DNA from: an uncultured Acidobacteriota bacterium
GTDB taxonomy: Bacteria > Acidobacteriota > Thermoanaerobaculia > UBA5066 > DATFVB01
DNA: 64,000 nt
NCBI GenBank assembly: GCA_963773815.1
Contig: CAVZCI010000003.1
Span: 151,749-215,748, forward strand
Direction of reading: 5' to 3'
Shown here in pieces: positions 32,141 through 43,600 of the stretch. Below the pieces are notes generated by a model. The model did not search any database, was not told the origin of the DNA, and saw only the letters and a list, made by a program, of their open reading frames with translations. A program made the position numbers and the translations under genes. Position 1 is the first letter of the stretch, and each line of letters begins with the position of its first letter.

Positions 32141-33224
32141 TCGCGAACCGCCGGGCTTCGACGCTCAGGATCAGGCCGATCGCCGCGAGCGTCGTCGCGA
32201 CCGAGGTTCCTCCGTACGAGAGCAGCGGGAGGGGAATGCCGGTCGTCGGAAAGAGTCCGATCATCATCCCGGTGTTGAGCAGGACCGACGCGAACAGGCT
32301 CGAGATCAGGGCGAGCACGAGGAATGCTCCGCCGCGGTCGCGCGCGTGCGACGCGAGCCGAAGGCCGCGAAGAACGACCGTCGCGTAGAGGGCGAGCACG
32401 ACGAGGACGCCCATGTAGCCCCACTCCTCGGCCAGCACGGCGAAGATGAAATCGGTGTGGCGGACGGGGAGGAATCGCAGCTGGCTCTGCGTGCCCCGGC
32501 GATATCCCTTCCCGAAGAGGCCTCCCGATCCCACGGCGATCTTCGACTGCCGCAGCTGGTAACCGGCTCCCGAAACGTCCGCCTCCGGATGCAGGAAAGT
32601 CGTGATCCTCTGCCTCTGATAGTCCTTCAGGAGGAACCATCCGACGGTGCAGGCGAAGAGGCCGGCGAGAAGCAGCGCGGTCCAGTATTGCCAGCGCATC
32701 CGCCCGAAGTACATCCCGACGAGAAGCATCGGAAGGAACGTCAGAGCGAGACCGAGATCCGGCTGGAGAAACACGAGCAGGAACGGGGTCAGGACGATCG
32801 CGAAGAGCTTGAGCAACGCGGCCGGCCGCAGCCGGCGATCCTGCTCGTTTTCGAAGAGGTAGGCGACGAGCAGCGCGGTCGCGACCTTCGCGAGCTCGCC
32901 CGGCTGAAACTGGTATCCCCCGACCCGGATCCAGGAACGCACGTGGGCGATTTTCCGCCCGAAGGTGAGCAGGTAGACGAGGGGAATGAGCGAGAGGAGG
33001 TAGATCGGAAACGAGAATTTCAGAAGCACCCGGTAATCGAGCGCGAGCATGGTGAGCAGAAGGGCGAGCCCGACGCCCATCCAGAGGCCTGGCGGGCGGT
33101 GAGGTTCGCGTTTCTGTCCGCCGAGGGTCGAGGAGGCGACGAGAAGGAGACCGATCGAAAGCAGCGCGAGGACGGCGAGGAAGAGGGTCATGTCGAGGCG
33201 CCGCCGCTGGAAGATTCCTCTCAT
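32133..33224 (-). CDS. rodA: Rod shape-determining protein RodA (SEDS family)
   Basis: 363 aa, multi-TM, ...QLRQSKIAVGSGGLFGKGY...PVRHTDFIFAVLAEEWG...PLPLLSYGGTS; ATG overlaps the mrdA stop (ATGA). Confidence 0.85.
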   Translation of the reverse strand: MRGIFQRRRLDMTLFLAVLALLSIGLLLVASSTLGGQKREPHRPPGLWMGVGLALLLTMLALDYRVLLKFSFPIYLLSLIPLVYLLTFGRKIAHVRSWIRVGGYQFQPGELAKVATALLVAYLFENEQDRRLRPAALLKLFAIVLTPFLLVFLQPDLGLALTFLPMLLVGMYFGRMRWQYWTALLLAGLFACTVGWFLLKDYQRQRITTFLHPEADVSGAGYQLRQSKIAVGSGGLFGKGYRRGTQSQLRFLPVRHTDFIFAVLAEEWGYMGVLVVLALYATVVLRGLRLASHARDRGGAFLVLALISSLFASVLLNTGMMIGLFPTTGIPLPLLSYGGTSVATTLAAIGLILSVEARRFANA

Positions 33225-35098
33225 CGCGCCTCGGCGCTTTCGCCGGAGGACCCGGCGGACGCGATCTGCTGCGGCGCGGGGGTGGTTTCCGGGATCGGGA
33301 TGCCGAAATAGGTCGCGATCAGCTCTTTGGCGAGCGGCGCCGCCGCGGATGCGCCATGCTGGCCGTGTTCGACGAACACCGCGACGACGATCTTCGGATC
33401 GGCCTTCGGCGCGAACCCGATGAACCACGCGTGGTCTCGCTTTTCGAAGGGGAGCGCCCCTTCCTTTTTCGTGTCCTTCTGGCTGACCACCTGAACGGAG
33501 CCCGTCTTGCCGCACATTTCGAGCCCCGGGATGCGGGAGGCCGTTGCCGTCCCGCCCGGTTCGTTGACGACGGCGGCCATCGCGTCTTTGATCTGCGCGC
33601 GGATCTCGTCGGGAATGGTGAGGCGGCGCTCGCTCTGGTCGACGTATTCGTAGCGCGAGCCGCTCTGCGGGTCCGCGGCCGAGAGAAAGAGGTGCGGGCG
33701 CGGGAACAGCCCTCCTTCGAGAAGGCCCGAAAGCCCTCGCGCGAGCTGTACCGCGGAAACGAGCAGGGGCCCCTGGCCGATCGCGACGGAAATCGTCTCG
33801 GAAGGGTACCAGTGCGCTTTGCGGACCTTGCGGCTCCATTCTTCCGACGGGACGAGTCCGCCCTTCTCGTTCGGAAGATCGAGCCCCGTGGGCTCGCCGA
33901 AGCCGAAAAGGCGAGCCGTTTCGGCGATCTTCTCGATGCCCATCCTTCGGCCGAGCGTGTAGAAGTAGACGTCGCACGATCCGCGGATCGCGTCGTGGAG
34001 ATTCACCCAGCCGTGCCCTTCCTTCTTGTGGCAGCGAAAGGTGCGTCCGTAGAACGTCGCGTATCCGGGGCAGAAGACTTTCGTGTCGGGGGTCACGTAT
34101 CCGCCGGCGAGCCCCGCCTCGGCGAGGAAGATCTTGAACACCGAACCCGGCGAATAGACGTTCTGGATCGCGCGGTTCTGGAGCGGGCGGAACGGGTTTT
34201 CGATGAGCCCCGACCACTCCGAAGAGGTCATCCGCCGCGAAAACAGATTCGGGTCGTACGAGGGCGCCGAAACGATCGCGAGGATCTGGCCGGTCTTCGG
34301 ATCCATCGCGACCGCGGAGCCGACGCGGTCCTTGAAGTATTCCTCGGCGACGTGCTGCAGCCGGCCGTCGATCGTCAGCGTCAGGTTTCTCCCCGGAATC
34401 GGGTCTTCGCGGCTCTCCTCGGCGGTTTCGTGGCCGAACGAGTCGACGATGATCCGCCTTTCTCCGTCGCGCCCGGCGAGCATTTCCTGGTAGGCGCTCT
34501 CGATTCCCCGCTGGCCGATCGAGTTGCCCGGGCGGTATCGGTCCGGTTGGGAGGCGATCTGCTCGGGCGTCGCTTCGGAGAGATATCCGAGCGACTGCGC
34601 AGCGAAGGGCCCCTTCGTGTAAAAACGCCGCTGTCCGACCCCGATGGCGAACTCCGGGTGTTCGGCGGCCCGCGCCTCGATCGAGGCGACCTCGCCGATC
34701 GTGAGATTTTCCGCGAGGGCGATCGGAACGAAGTCGAAATACATGCGGTACCGGGCGACGCGGCGTTCGACGTCGTCCCGGGGAAGGTTCAGAAGCGAAA
34801 TCGCGGTTTCCAGCGACTGCTGGAGGTCGTTCGTTTCGCGGCGGTACAGAAACAGGCTGTAGGAGGGCTCGTTCTCGACGAGAACCTGACCCTGCCGCTC
34901 GTAGATCACGCCGCGGGCCGCGGTGACCGCGACGGATCGAAGCCGATTGTTCTCGGAGAGCTTGAAATAATAGTCGCCGCGCACGATCTGGACGTACCAG
35001 TACGAGACCGCCATCACGCCGAACAGGCAGGCGGCAGCGACGAAGAGGATCTCGACGAGCCTCTGAAAGGATTCGCGGTCTTCCGAAACGCTACCCAT
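33221..35098 (-). CDS. mrdA: Penicillin-binding protein 2 (elongasome transpeptidase)
   Basis: N-terminal TM anchor, dimerisation domain, transpeptidase motifs SPGSVFK (SxxK), SCD... and KTGS (KTG). Confidence 0.85.
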   Translation of the reverse strand: MGSVSEDRESFQRLVEILFVAAACLFGVMAVSYWYVQIVRGDYYFKLSENNRLRSVAVTAARGVIYERQGQVLVENEPSYSLFLYRRETNDLQQSLETAISLLNLPRDDVERRVARYRMYFDFVPIALAENLTIGEVASIEARAAEHPEFAIGVGQRRFYTKGPFAAQSLGYLSEATPEQIASQPDRYRPGNSIGQRGIESAYQEMLAGRDGERRIIVDSFGHETAEESREDPIPGRNLTLTIDGRLQHVAEEYFKDRVGSAVAMDPKTGQILAIVSAPSYDPNLFSRRMTSSEWSGLIENPFRPLQNRAIQNVYSPGSVFKIFLAEAGLAGGYVTPDTKVFCPGYATFYGRTFRCHKKEGHGWVNLHDAIRGSCDVYFYTLGRRMGIEKIAETARLFGFGEPTGLDLPNEKGGLVPSEEWSRKVRKAHWYPSETISVAIGQGPLLVSAVQLARGLSGLLEGGLFPRPHLFLSAADPQSGSRYEYVDQSERRLTIPDEIRAQIKDAMAAVVNEPGGTATASRIPGLEMCGKTGSVQVVSQKDTKKEGALPFEKRDHAWFIGFAPKADPKIVVAVFVEHGQHGASAAAPLAKELIATYFGIPIPETTPAPQQIASAGSSGESAEAR

Positions 35099-35110
35099 GC
35101 CGCTTCCAAC

Positions 35111-35611
35111 TCATCGGAGTCTTCGGTGTTGCCTCCGCCGCCACCACTCTTTCCAGGGAAACCTCCACGCCCAATAGAATATGCCTCCGGCCGCTCCCGT
35201 GAGGGCGCAGCGGCCGAGGTCGGCGAATTCGAGCAGAAAACGCGTGCCGAGCAGGACTCGCCCGAGGACCGCCACGATCAGCGTGTTGAGCAGCTCCGCG
35301 ACGGCGAGCGTGGCCGCGACGACGAGCGCCCCGCCGAAAACGACGCGCAGGGAAACGGCCGTCAGGAGGTAGCCGAGGAGCGCCTTCGCGAACGCGTTGG
35401 CTCCCTTGAGGGGATGCAGCAGCACGTCCTCGAGGAGTCCGGCCGCCGCTCCTCCGAGCGTCGCGGCCGCGAAACTCCCGGACGCCGCCTGGTAGGCGAC
35501 CGCGAGGAGGAACCAATCGATCGCCGCCAGGCCCGGCACCCGCGAGGTTCCGAAGACCCAGGTCACGGCTGCCGCGGCGGCCGTCGAGAACAGAAAGCGG
35601 ACCGACTTCAA
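35111..35611 (-). CDS. mreD: Rod shape-determining protein MreD
   Basis: 166-aa polytopic membrane protein immediately downstream of mreC; overlaps the mreC stop. Confidence 0.65.
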   Translation of the reverse strand: MKSVRFLFSTAAAAAVTWVFGTSRVPGLAAIDWFLLAVAYQAASGSFAAATLGGAAAGLLEDVLLHPLKGANAFAKALLGYLLTAVSLRVVFGGALVVAATLAVAELLNTLIVAVLGRVLLGTRFLLEFADLGRCALTGAAGGIFYWAWRFPWKEWWRRRQHRRLR

Positions 35612-36462
35612 GGAACCTCATCCGCGGAGACCGGCGAGGGGTCCAGCACGAGCACGTCGGAAAGCCGCGACACGGGAGCCGCCGGCGCGATCTGCACCTT
35701 CAGGAAGAGCGATTTTCCGCCCGAGACTCCGGTGACCCGGCCGACCGCGATTCCGCGGGGAAAGATCCCGTCGATCCCCGCGGTTTCGACGACGTCGCCG
35801 GCGACGACGCGCGAGAGGGTGCTGAGGTACTCCATCCGGAGAGTCTCTCCCTCGCCCCGCACGACTCCCTGGTCGCCCGTCCGAACGATCCTGCCGCCGA
35901 CCGCGCAGTCGGCGTCGCCGATCAGGATGACCTTCGAGAGGTGCGGGGCGACCGTGACGACGCGGCCCACGAGACCCTCCGGGACGGCGAGCGGCGAGCC
36001 GGGGCGGACCCCGTCGAGGGATCCGGCCGCGAGCAGGGCGCGGCGGTAACCGCCCCGAACTTCGATCGAGACGATCGGCGCTCCGAGCCGGACCGACGGC
36101 AGGAACGGCTGGATCTTGAGGAGCTCGCGCAGCCGCGCGGAGTCCTCGGCGCCGGCCCGGAGCAGGAAGACCTCGCGATGGAGGCCCGCGATCTCCGTGC
36201 GGAGCCTGCGGTTTTCGTTCCTCGCTCCGAAATACGACGCGAGCGTCTCCGCGACGCTCCTCTTCGCCTGGACGGCCTGCTCGGCCCCCCGCACGGCCGG
36301 CGACGCGATCGCGAGCCCGAGGCGCTCGAGAAGCGAGGGACCCTTCCCCCCCTCTCTCGCCTGGGACGACATGAACAGGAGGCAGGCGGCGAGGGTGCCG
36401 GCCAGCAGGAACTTTTCGGACCGGGTCGACGCGTTCGACGAAAAGATTCGGGGCTCAGGCAA
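35608..36462 (-). CDS. mreC: Rod shape-determining protein MreC
   Basis: N-terminal TM helix, coiled coil ([17 protein letters not shown]), C-terminal beta domains; between mreB and mreD. Confidence 0.75.
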   Translation of the reverse strand: MPEPRIFSSNASTRSEKFLLAGTLAACLLFMSSQAREGGKGPSLLERLGLAIASPAVRGAEQAVQAKRSVAETLASYFGARNENRRLRTEIAGLHREVFLLRAGAEDSARLRELLKIQPFLPSVRLGAPIVSIEVRGGYRRALLAAGSLDGVRPGSPLAVPEGLVGRVVTVAPHLSKVILIGDADCAVGGRIVRTGDQGVVRGEGETLRMEYLSTLSRVVAGDVVETAGIDGIFPRGIAVGRVTGVSGGKSLFLKVQIAPAAPVSRLSDVLVLDPSPVSADEVP

Positions 36463-37480
36463 TCGAGATCTTTTTCAACAATCCGAAATCGGTCAGCATG
36501 GCGCCGGTGCCGAGAGCGACCGAGGCGAGCGGATCTTCCGCGTACGAAATGGGAAGTCCGGTTTCCTCGCGCAGCCGGCGGTCGAGATTCTTGAGCAGCG
36601 ACCCTCCCCCCGTGATCACGATTCCGCGATCCATGATGTCGGCCGAGAGCTCGGGAGGAGTCCGTTCGAGCGCCACGCGGACCGTTTCGACGATCGCGGC
36701 GACGACTTCCGAAAGCGCCTCGCGGATTTCTTCGTCGGACAGGAGGAGCGTCTTGGGGACGCCTTCGACCAGGTCCCTTCCCTTGACTTCCATGGAGATC
36801 GGCTCGTCGAGCGGATGGGCCGAGCCGATCTCGATCTTGATCTGCTCGGCCGTCCTCTCGCCCACGAGCAGGTTGTACTTTCGCTTGATGTACTGGACGA
36901 TCGCTTCGTCCATCTCGTTGGAAGCGATGCGGACGCTTCGCGAATACACGATTCCGGCGAGCGAAATCACGGCAACGTCCGTGGTTCCTCCGCCGATGTC
37001 GACGATCATGTTCCCGGCGGGTTCCGTGATCGGGAGTCCCGAGCCGATCGCGGCGGCCATCGCCTGTTCGATGATGTAGACCTCCGAGGCTCCGGCCCTC
37101 ATCGCGGAGTCCTGCACGGCGCGCTTCTCGACCTGGGTGATGTCGGACGGCACGGAGATGACGATGCGCGGCCTCACGAACAGCGAGCGCCCGTGCGCCT
37201 TTTTGATGAAGTAGTCGAGCATTTTTTCGGTCACCTCGAAATCGGCGATGACCCCGTCTTTCATCGGGCGGATCGCGACGATGTTTCCCGGCGTCCGGCC
37301 CAGCATGTCCTTGGCCTCCTTGCCGACGGCTTCGACGCGGTTCGTGAGCTTGTTGATCGCGACGATCGACGGCTCTCGAAGGATGATGCCGCGGTTCAAT
37401 GCGAAGACGAGCGTGTTGGCGGTGCCGAGATCGATCGCCAGATCGGACGAGAACAGCGAGAACAGCGATTTCCAGCCCAT
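36455..37480 (-). CDS. mreB: Rod shape-determining actin homologue MreB
   Basis: 341 aa; [27 protein letters not shown] and the rest of the actin-fold motifs; C-terminal part of spurious 831-aa ORF. Confidence 0.92.
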   Translation of the reverse strand: MGWKSLFSLFSSDLAIDLGTANTLVFALNRGIILREPSIVAINKLTNRVEAVGKEAKDMLGRTPGNIVAIRPMKDGVIADFEVTEKMLDYFIKKAHGRSLFVRPRIVISVPSDITQVEKRAVQDSAMRAGASEVYIIEQAMAAAIGSGLPITEPAGNMIVDIGGGTTDVAVISLAGIVYSRSVRIASNEMDEAIVQYIKRKYNLLVGERTAEQIKIEIGSAHPLDEPISMEVKGRDLVEGVPKTLLLSDEEIREALSEVVAAIVETVRVALERTPPELSADIMDRGIVITGGGSLLKNLDRRLREETGLPISYAEDPLASVALGTGAMLTDFGLLKKISIA

Positions 37481-37500
37481 GGATCTCCTTACTCGGGACG

Positions 37501-38950
37501 TCAGTAGAGTTCCACGAAAACGCGGATCCGTTTGACGGTCTCGCGGCCCGCGGCGTCGGCGGCCTTGACGACGATCTGCGATTCTCCTTCGGTTTCCACC
37601 GTGACGGTCGTCTTGAAGGACCCGTTGGGTTCCACGTCGGCCCGCTTCCCGTTGACCGCTACGGAAGCCGACGGATCTGTCTGACCAAAAATGAGGAAGA
37701 GATTTCCCATCTGCTGGGGAGTCTGCAGCGTGAGGGGAGGAGGGGCGCCGCTGGGAGCTCCGGCCTTCGCGGCGTCGGTCACGATGCGGAATCTTCGGTA
37801 GGGGCTCCAATCGGAAGACACGCCGGTTGCGGGTGATTGCCGCGACCCTCCAGTAGTAGGACCCCTCTTCGTGGGGCCGAATCGAGGCCGAGACGCCGGT
37901 ACGGTTGGGCAGGTCGAGGGGCGTCGCGTCGGGGATGAACAGCCGTGAGCGGGAGACCTGCAGCCGATAGCGGGCGACTTCCTTGACCGCGGTCCAGCGG
38001 AGGAGGATGTCGGAATTGTGCTTCAAGTCGAAGATGCGGTTGTCCGCCGGATCGATGAGCGCGGGCGAGTCGGGAAGAACGACTTTGGACCCGAGGCTCT
38101 GGGTCGACACGTCGGCGCGGACCTTTTCCCGCTCCGAGAGGACGACGCTTTCCTTTGCCGTCCGCAGGACGGCCTGTCCGCGGAAGTTCGACACGTCGGT
38201 GTTCTGGTTGACGGGATCGATCGAGAGGCCGACCTGCGAATCGCGCTGGATTTCCGCGTTCACCGCCTTCGTCTTGACGTTCGAGGACGCGTTGGACGTG
38301 TAGACCTGGATCGAGCCCGACACCATCTCCACGGTGCTCGACTTTTCCGATTCGCGGTGCTGGCCGGTTTTCACCTCGAAGAGCGAGTCCGGCCGAAGCT
38401 GGTAGAGCGTGCCGTCGAAGAACATGATTTCCGCCGAGCCGGCCTTCGAGGTCTTCACGAAATCGCCGTCATAAAGCGATTGCCGCAGCTTGCACTCCTC
38501 CCACGTGCCCCTGCCCGCGCGCTGGAGCGTGACCTCGCCGTCGAGAGCGACGAACGTCGCGTCGCCGATCTCGGACCGGCCGGCGCGGCCGAGCGCGCGG
38601 CGCGAGAGCGATTCCGACTCGACCGCGAGCGAGTATGCCTGCTCGTACTTGGAGGCGACGTACGCCTCGTGCGCCTCGTTCAGCCGGTCTTTCGCCTGGG
38701 AGAGGGTCACGGCGAAACGGGACGAGTCCTGGGTCGATTGGGCGTTCTTGAGGGCGGCCTCCGCCTGTTCGATCTGGCGCTGCGCGCGGACCTGGGGCGA
38801 CTGGTGATTGCGCTGGTAGAGGTAGAAGCCCCAGACGACACCGGCAGCGGCCAGCAGCAGGATCAGCAGCCAGCGGCGGATGCTCTTGTAGGAGAAAACG
38901 ATCCAGTCGATCTCTCCCTGGCTCGTCTTCCGCTTTTCCGTTTGTGCCAT
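37501..38950 (-). CDS. Membrane-anchored FecR-domain protein with coiled coil and C-terminal Ig-like beta domain; apparent frameshift near 37822
   Basis: N-terminus with TM helix ([19 protein letters not shown]). FecR-like segment ([22 protein letters not shown]...[20 protein letters not shown]). Last ~105 codons have G/C-rich third positions only in the adjacent frame (…[56 protein letters not shown]). Confidence 0.5.
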
Positions 38951-39042
38951 AAAATGAAGAATATCCGGGATTTAGTGTCGGTGCCTTATAACATAGCCCG
39001 ATTCTGCGGGCAAACCGGCCGATTTTTGCGATGCCACGGCTG

Positions 39043-39071
39043 CATTGTTAATATATCAAGTTCGCCCCGAA
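39043..39071 (+). promoter_or_regulatory. Candidate promoter for ppiD (TTGCGA, 17 nt, TAATAT) in a relatively AT-rich divergent intergenic region
   Basis: Followed by GGAGAGG Shine-Dalgarno and ATG at 39096. Confidence 0.35.
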
Positions 39072-39095
39072 TCTCGGGAAGGAGAGGTTACCTCG

Positions 39096-41034
39096 ATGCT
39101 CAAAATGATGCGGCAAAGCTTTCGGCACCTCAAATGGATCCTCTGGTTCGTCGTGATCGTCTTCGTCGCCTTCGTCTTCGTCGACTGGGGGATGGGCCGG
39201 GCGCGGGGAGATCGAGCGACGAGCGGCGAGATCGCGACGGTCGGGGGCGATCGGATCACCGCCGTGGACTTCAGCCGCCAGTACCAGCAGACCCAGGAGC
39301 GCTATCGCCAGATGTACAAGGACAACTGGACGCCGGCGCTCGCGAAGGCGCTCGACCTTCCGAATCAGGTGTTGAACGGAATGATCGAGCGCCGGATGTT
39401 GATCGAAGCGGCGCGCCGCAGCGGCGTGCGGGTGAGCGACGCGGAGCTCTCCGAGAAAATTCAGTCTCTTCCGGCTCTCCAGCGCAACGGCCAGTTCATC
39501 GGCGCGCGCGAATATTCCAATCTCCTGGCCGCCAACGGCATGACGGCGGACCAGTTCGAGCGCGACTTCCGCGACGACATGATGATCGAAAAATACAATC
39601 GGCTCGTCTCGGCGAGCCTCATCGTTCCGGATTCCGAAGTCGAGAGCCAGTTTGCGCGCCAGAGCGAGAAGGCGAAGATCGACTACGTGTTGATTTCCCC
39701 CGACCACTTCGAAGCGGCCGCGGCGCCGACGGAAGCCGAGCTGCTGGCCGCGTTCGAAAAGAACAAGGAACGGTACCGCCAGCCGGAGAGGCGCAAACTC
39801 AAGTACCTGCTCATCGATGAAACCCGGCTGCGGGAAAAGATCCGGCCGACTCCCGCGCAGATCCGCGCCTATTACGATTCCCACCCGGACGACTTTCCGG
39901 TGTCGGACCGCGTCCACGCCGCGCACATCCTCATCAAGGTCGACCGCGACGCGAAGCCCGACGTCGACGCCGCCGCGAAGAAGAAGGCGGAAGATCTCGC
40001 CGCCCGGGCCCGAAAAGGTGAGGACTTCGCGAAGCTCGCGGAGAAATACTCGGAAGATCCCGGCTCGAAGGAGCGCGGCGGAGACCTCGGGCCGTTTGCG
40101 CGCGGCTCGATGGTGAAAGCCTTCGAAGACGCCGCGTTCTCCATGACCCCCGGGCAGATCAGCGATCCCGTGAGATCGCCGTTTGGCTACCACGTGATCA
40201 AGCTCATCGAAAAGCTCCCTCCCGGGAAACAGACGTTCGAAGAGGCGGCTCCCAAAATCGTCGCCACTCTTCAGGAGAGCGCCGTGAAAGCGGAGGAGGC
40301 GCGCCGCAGCGAAGCCCTCGAGAAGGCCGTCTCGCGAAACTCGAGCGACGAAGACCTCCGCAAGCTCGCCGACGACGTCGTCTCTTTCGACGCGACCGAC
40401 TGGGTCACGCGCGCAGTCGGTCGTGCCGGGCGTCGGCTATGCTCCCGGTTTCACGAAAGCCGCCTTCGAGCTCAAAAAAGGAGAAGTTTCGCCGCGCGCG
40501 ATCTCGACTCCGCGCGGCCCCGCCATCGTGAAAGTCGCGGACGTGAAGCCGCCGGGGATACCCGATTTCGCGGAGGTGAAATCGAAGGTCGCGGCCGACG
40601 TCAAGAGCGAGCGGACGCAGCAGAAAGCCCTCGATTCCGCGCGGCCGATCGAAGCCGAGCTCCAGGGCGGATCGACGCTCGAAGCGGTCGCGAAGAAATT
40701 CGGCGCGACGGTGCAGTCTTCGCCGGAATTCGCGAAGGGGGCGCCGGTCCCGTCGCTCGGGAACTCGGCGGCGCTGTCCGAGGAGGTCTTCCGGACGGCT
40801 GTCGGAAAGCCGGGCGGTCCGGTCTGGGTGGGGCCGCAGGGAGTCGTGCTGTTCCGGGTCGCGTCCAGGACCGAGTTCGACCCGGCGGCGTTCGAGCGCC
40901 AGAAGGGGACGATTCGCGAATCGATCCGGCAGCAGGAGGCGCAGAAGCTGATCCAGACGGATCTCGCGCGGCGGCGCGCCGGGGAGAAGATCGTCGTCAA
41001 CGACGAGCTCCTCGGGCGCTACAACGCGGGTTAG
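39096..41034 (+). CDS. ppiD: Periplasmic chaperone / peptidyl-prolyl isomerase PpiD (SurA-like, parvulin domain), one apparent frameshift near 40410
   Basis: N-terminal TM anchor, parvulin domain (HAAHILIKV...GGDLGPFARGSMVKAFEDAAF...FGYHVIKL). C-terminal 200 aa continue in frame +1 (VPGVGYAPGFTKAAFELKKGEVS...). Confidence 0.7.
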
Positions 41035-41044
41035 GGACCCGCCG

Positions 41045-41629
41045 ATGATCGCCCGGCTCGCCGGGACTGTTCTCGAAAAGCAGCCGGACCGCGTCGTTCT
41101 CGACGTTCGGGGCGTGGGCTACCTCGTTTCGATTTCGTTTCAAACCTACCAGGAGCTGCCGGCCGCGGCGTCCGAAACGGCTCTCTGGATTCACACGCAT
41201 GTCCGCGAGGACGCTCTCTCCCTTTTCGGTTTCGCGACCGAAAAGGAACGGCGGCTCTTCGAAATGTTGATCGGCGTTTCCGGCGTAGGGCCGAAACTCG
41301 CCTTGACGCTGCTTTCCGGAATTCCGGCGGCGGAGCTCATCGCGGCGCTCGCGCGCGGAGACGCGAAGCGGCTCACTTCGGTGCCGGGGATCGGGCGCAA
41401 GACCGCGGATCGACTCGCTCTCGAGCTGCGGGAAAAAGCGGAAAAGCTCCACACGCCGACGGAGCCGCTCTCGGGCATCGATCCCGAGGACGTCGTGTCC
41501 GCCCTCGTCAACTTCGGCTACAAGAAGTCCGAGGCGGACCGGGCCGTCGATGCCATCTCCCGCCGGGGAGCTCCCCCGGAATTCGCGGACTTCCTGAAAG
41601 AGGCGCTTTCGGCGCTCTCGGGTTCCTGA
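41045..41629 (+). CDS. ruvA: Holliday junction branch migration protein RuvA
   Basis: MIARLAGTV...GVGYLV...[11 protein letters not shown]...[14 protein letters not shown]; 194 aa. Confidence 0.9.
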   Translation: MIARLAGTVLEKQPDRVVLDVRGVGYLVSISFQTYQELPAAASETALWIHTHVREDALSLFGFATEKERRLFEMLIGVSGVGPKLALTLLSGIPAAELIAALARGDAKRLTSVPGIGRKTADRLALELREKAEKLHTPTEPLSGIDPEDVVSALVNFGYKKSEADRAVDAISRRGAPPEFADFLKEALSALSGS

Positions 41630-41630
41630 C

Positions 41631-42668
41631 GTGGCCGAGCCCGCCTCGCCGGACCATTCTTCCCTCCTTTCGCCCGCGGCGCTGGCGGAAGAAGCGGCCG
41701 TCGAACCGAAGCTGCGGCCGCAGAAGCTCGCGGAATACATCGGCCAGAACAAGGTTCGCGAGAACCTCGACGTGTTCCTCAAGGCGGCCCGCGCCCGCGG
41801 GGAGTCGCTCGATCACGTTCTCCTGACGGGTCCGCCGGGTCTCGGCAAGACGACGCTCGCGCACATCATCGCGCGGGAAATGGGCGTGGGCCTTCGCGTG
41901 ACGGCCGGCCCCATGATCGCCCGGGCGGGGGACCTCGCCGCGATCCTCACGAACCTGCAGCCGGCCGACGTGTTTTTCATCGACGAGATCCACCGCCTGC
42001 CCACGGCCGTCGAAGAGGTCCTCTATTCCGCCATGGAAGACTTCGTGCTCGACGTCGTGATCGGCGAAGGCCCGTCCGCCCGCACGCACCGGATCGACCT
42101 GAAGCCGTTCACGCTCGTCGGCGCGACGACGCGGCCCGGGCTTCTGTCCCAGCCTCTCCACGCGCGCTTCGGGATCCACCACCGGCTGGATTTTTACGAC
42201 ACGGAGGCGCTCGCGACGATCATCGACCGGTCCGCCCGGATCCTTTCGGTCCCGATCGAACCGGACGCGGCCCAGGAGATCGCGCGGCGCAGCCGCGGGA
42301 CCCCGAGGATCGCGAACCGCCTCCTTCGGCGGGTGCGCGATTTCGCCCAGGTCGCGGGGCACCCGCGGCTCGATCTCGAAGCCGCGCGCGAAGCGCTCGC
42401 CAAGCTCGAGGTCGACCAGTACGGGCTGGACGAGCTGGATCTTCGAATCCTCACGGTCCTGATCGAAAAATTCGGCGGCGGCCCGGCGGGAATCTCTTCG
42501 CTCGCGTCGTCGCTCGGCGAGGATCGCGGAACCCTCGAAGACCTGTACGAGCCGTTCCTGCTGCAGGCCGGGTTTCTCCAGAGAACTCCGCGCGGACGGG
42601 TCGCGACCGCCCGCGCCTACAAGCGGCTGGGGGTCGTGCCGGGCCGCAACGAGAGCTCGCTCTTCTGA
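41631..42668 (+). CDS. ruvB: Holliday junction branch migration ATPase RuvB
   Basis: GTG start; Walker [12 protein letters not shown], Walker B FIDEIHRL, sensor regions; 345 aa. Confidence 0.9.
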   Translation: MAEPASPDHSSLLSPAALAEEAAVEPKLRPQKLAEYIGQNKVRENLDVFLKAARARGESLDHVLLTGPPGLGKTTLAHIIAREMGVGLRVTAGPMIARAGDLAAILTNLQPADVFFIDEIHRLPTAVEEVLYSAMEDFVLDVVIGEGPSARTHRIDLKPFTLVGATTRPGLLSQPLHARFGIHHRLDFYDTEALATIIDRSARILSVPIEPDAAQEIARRSRGTPRIANRLLRRVRDFAQVAGHPRLDLEAAREALAKLEVDQYGLDELDLRILTVLIEKFGGGPAGISSLASSLGEDRGTLEDLYEPFLLQAGFLQRTPRGRVATARAYKRLGVVPGRNESSLF

Positions 42669-42669
42669 C

Positions 42670-43569
42670 ATGAAGAAGGGCGTGCTCATCTATAACCCCA
42701 CGGCCGGGCAGAAGGATCGGCGGGGGGCGATGAGCAGCCTGATCGACGCGCTGAGGAGCGAGGGGCTCGAGCTCGCGAACGCGCCGACCCACGGCCCCGG
42801 CCATGCGACGAGGATCGTCCGCGAATTTCTCCCCGAAAATCCCTCCGTCATCGCCGTTTGCGGCGGGGACGGAACGATTTCGGAAGCCGCCGCCGCGCTG
42901 CTTGGGACCGACGTCCCTCTCGCGATTCTTCCCGGCGGAACGTCGAACGTGCTGGCGCTGGAGCTCGGAATCCCGTTCGACCTGGCGGAGGCCAGAAAGC
43001 TGATCTTCGAAGGGACGCCGAAAGTCGTCCGGGCCGGGATCGCGAACGAGCGGCCATTCCTGTTGATGGCGGGCGTCGGGCTTGACGCGCGAGTCATGGG
43101 CAAGATGAGCCTGTTTCTCAAACGGTGGCTCGGCCGCGCCGGGATCGGGTTCACGGTCGCGCCGGAATTCCTGCGCTACGAGTTCCCGAAGCTCGACGTC
43201 GAGGTCGACGGCGAGCACCATCCCGCCACCTTCGCGGTCGTCTGCAACTCGAAGCACTACGCCGGCGACTGGATCGCGGCGCCGGACGCGTCCGTCGAGG
43301 ACGACGCGCTCGACACCGTCATTTTCAACTCGCGAAGCCGGCGGGACTTCTCGAAATTCTTCCTCGGCATGAAGGCCGGGGACGGCCGGCACCTGCGAGA
43401 CGGCTACGCGAAGGTCGTGCGCGGCCGGAACGTGAAGATCACATCGCTGGAGCCCTACCAGATCGAGACGCAGGTGGACGGCGACTGCGTCCTCGAGACG
43501 CCCGTCGAGTGCCGCATCTCGCAGCGCACGCTCCGGGTTCTCGCCCCGAGACCTCACCCCCATTCCTGA
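42670..43569 (+). CDS. Diacylglycerol-kinase-catalytic-domain lipid kinase (YegS/BmrU family)
   Basis: VCGGDGTISEAA and PGGTSNVLA motifs of DAGK_cat; 299 aa. Confidence 0.75.
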   Translation: MKKGVLIYNPTAGQKDRRGAMSSLIDALRSEGLELANAPTHGPGHATRIVREFLPENPSVIAVCGGDGTISEAAAALLGTDVPLAILPGGTSNVLALELGIPFDLAEARKLIFEGTPKVVRAGIANERPFLLMAGVGLDARVMGKMSLFLKRWLGRAGIGFTVAPEFLRYEFPKLDVEVDGEHHPATFAVVCNSKHYAGDWIAAPDASVEDDALDTVIFNSRSRRDFSKFFLGMKAGDGRHLRDGYAKVVRGRNVKITSLEPYQIETQVDGDCVLETPVECRISQRTLRVLAPRPHPHS

Positions 43570-43600
43570 GCGAGGTCCGCGCGAGGATCTCGGGGCCAGA

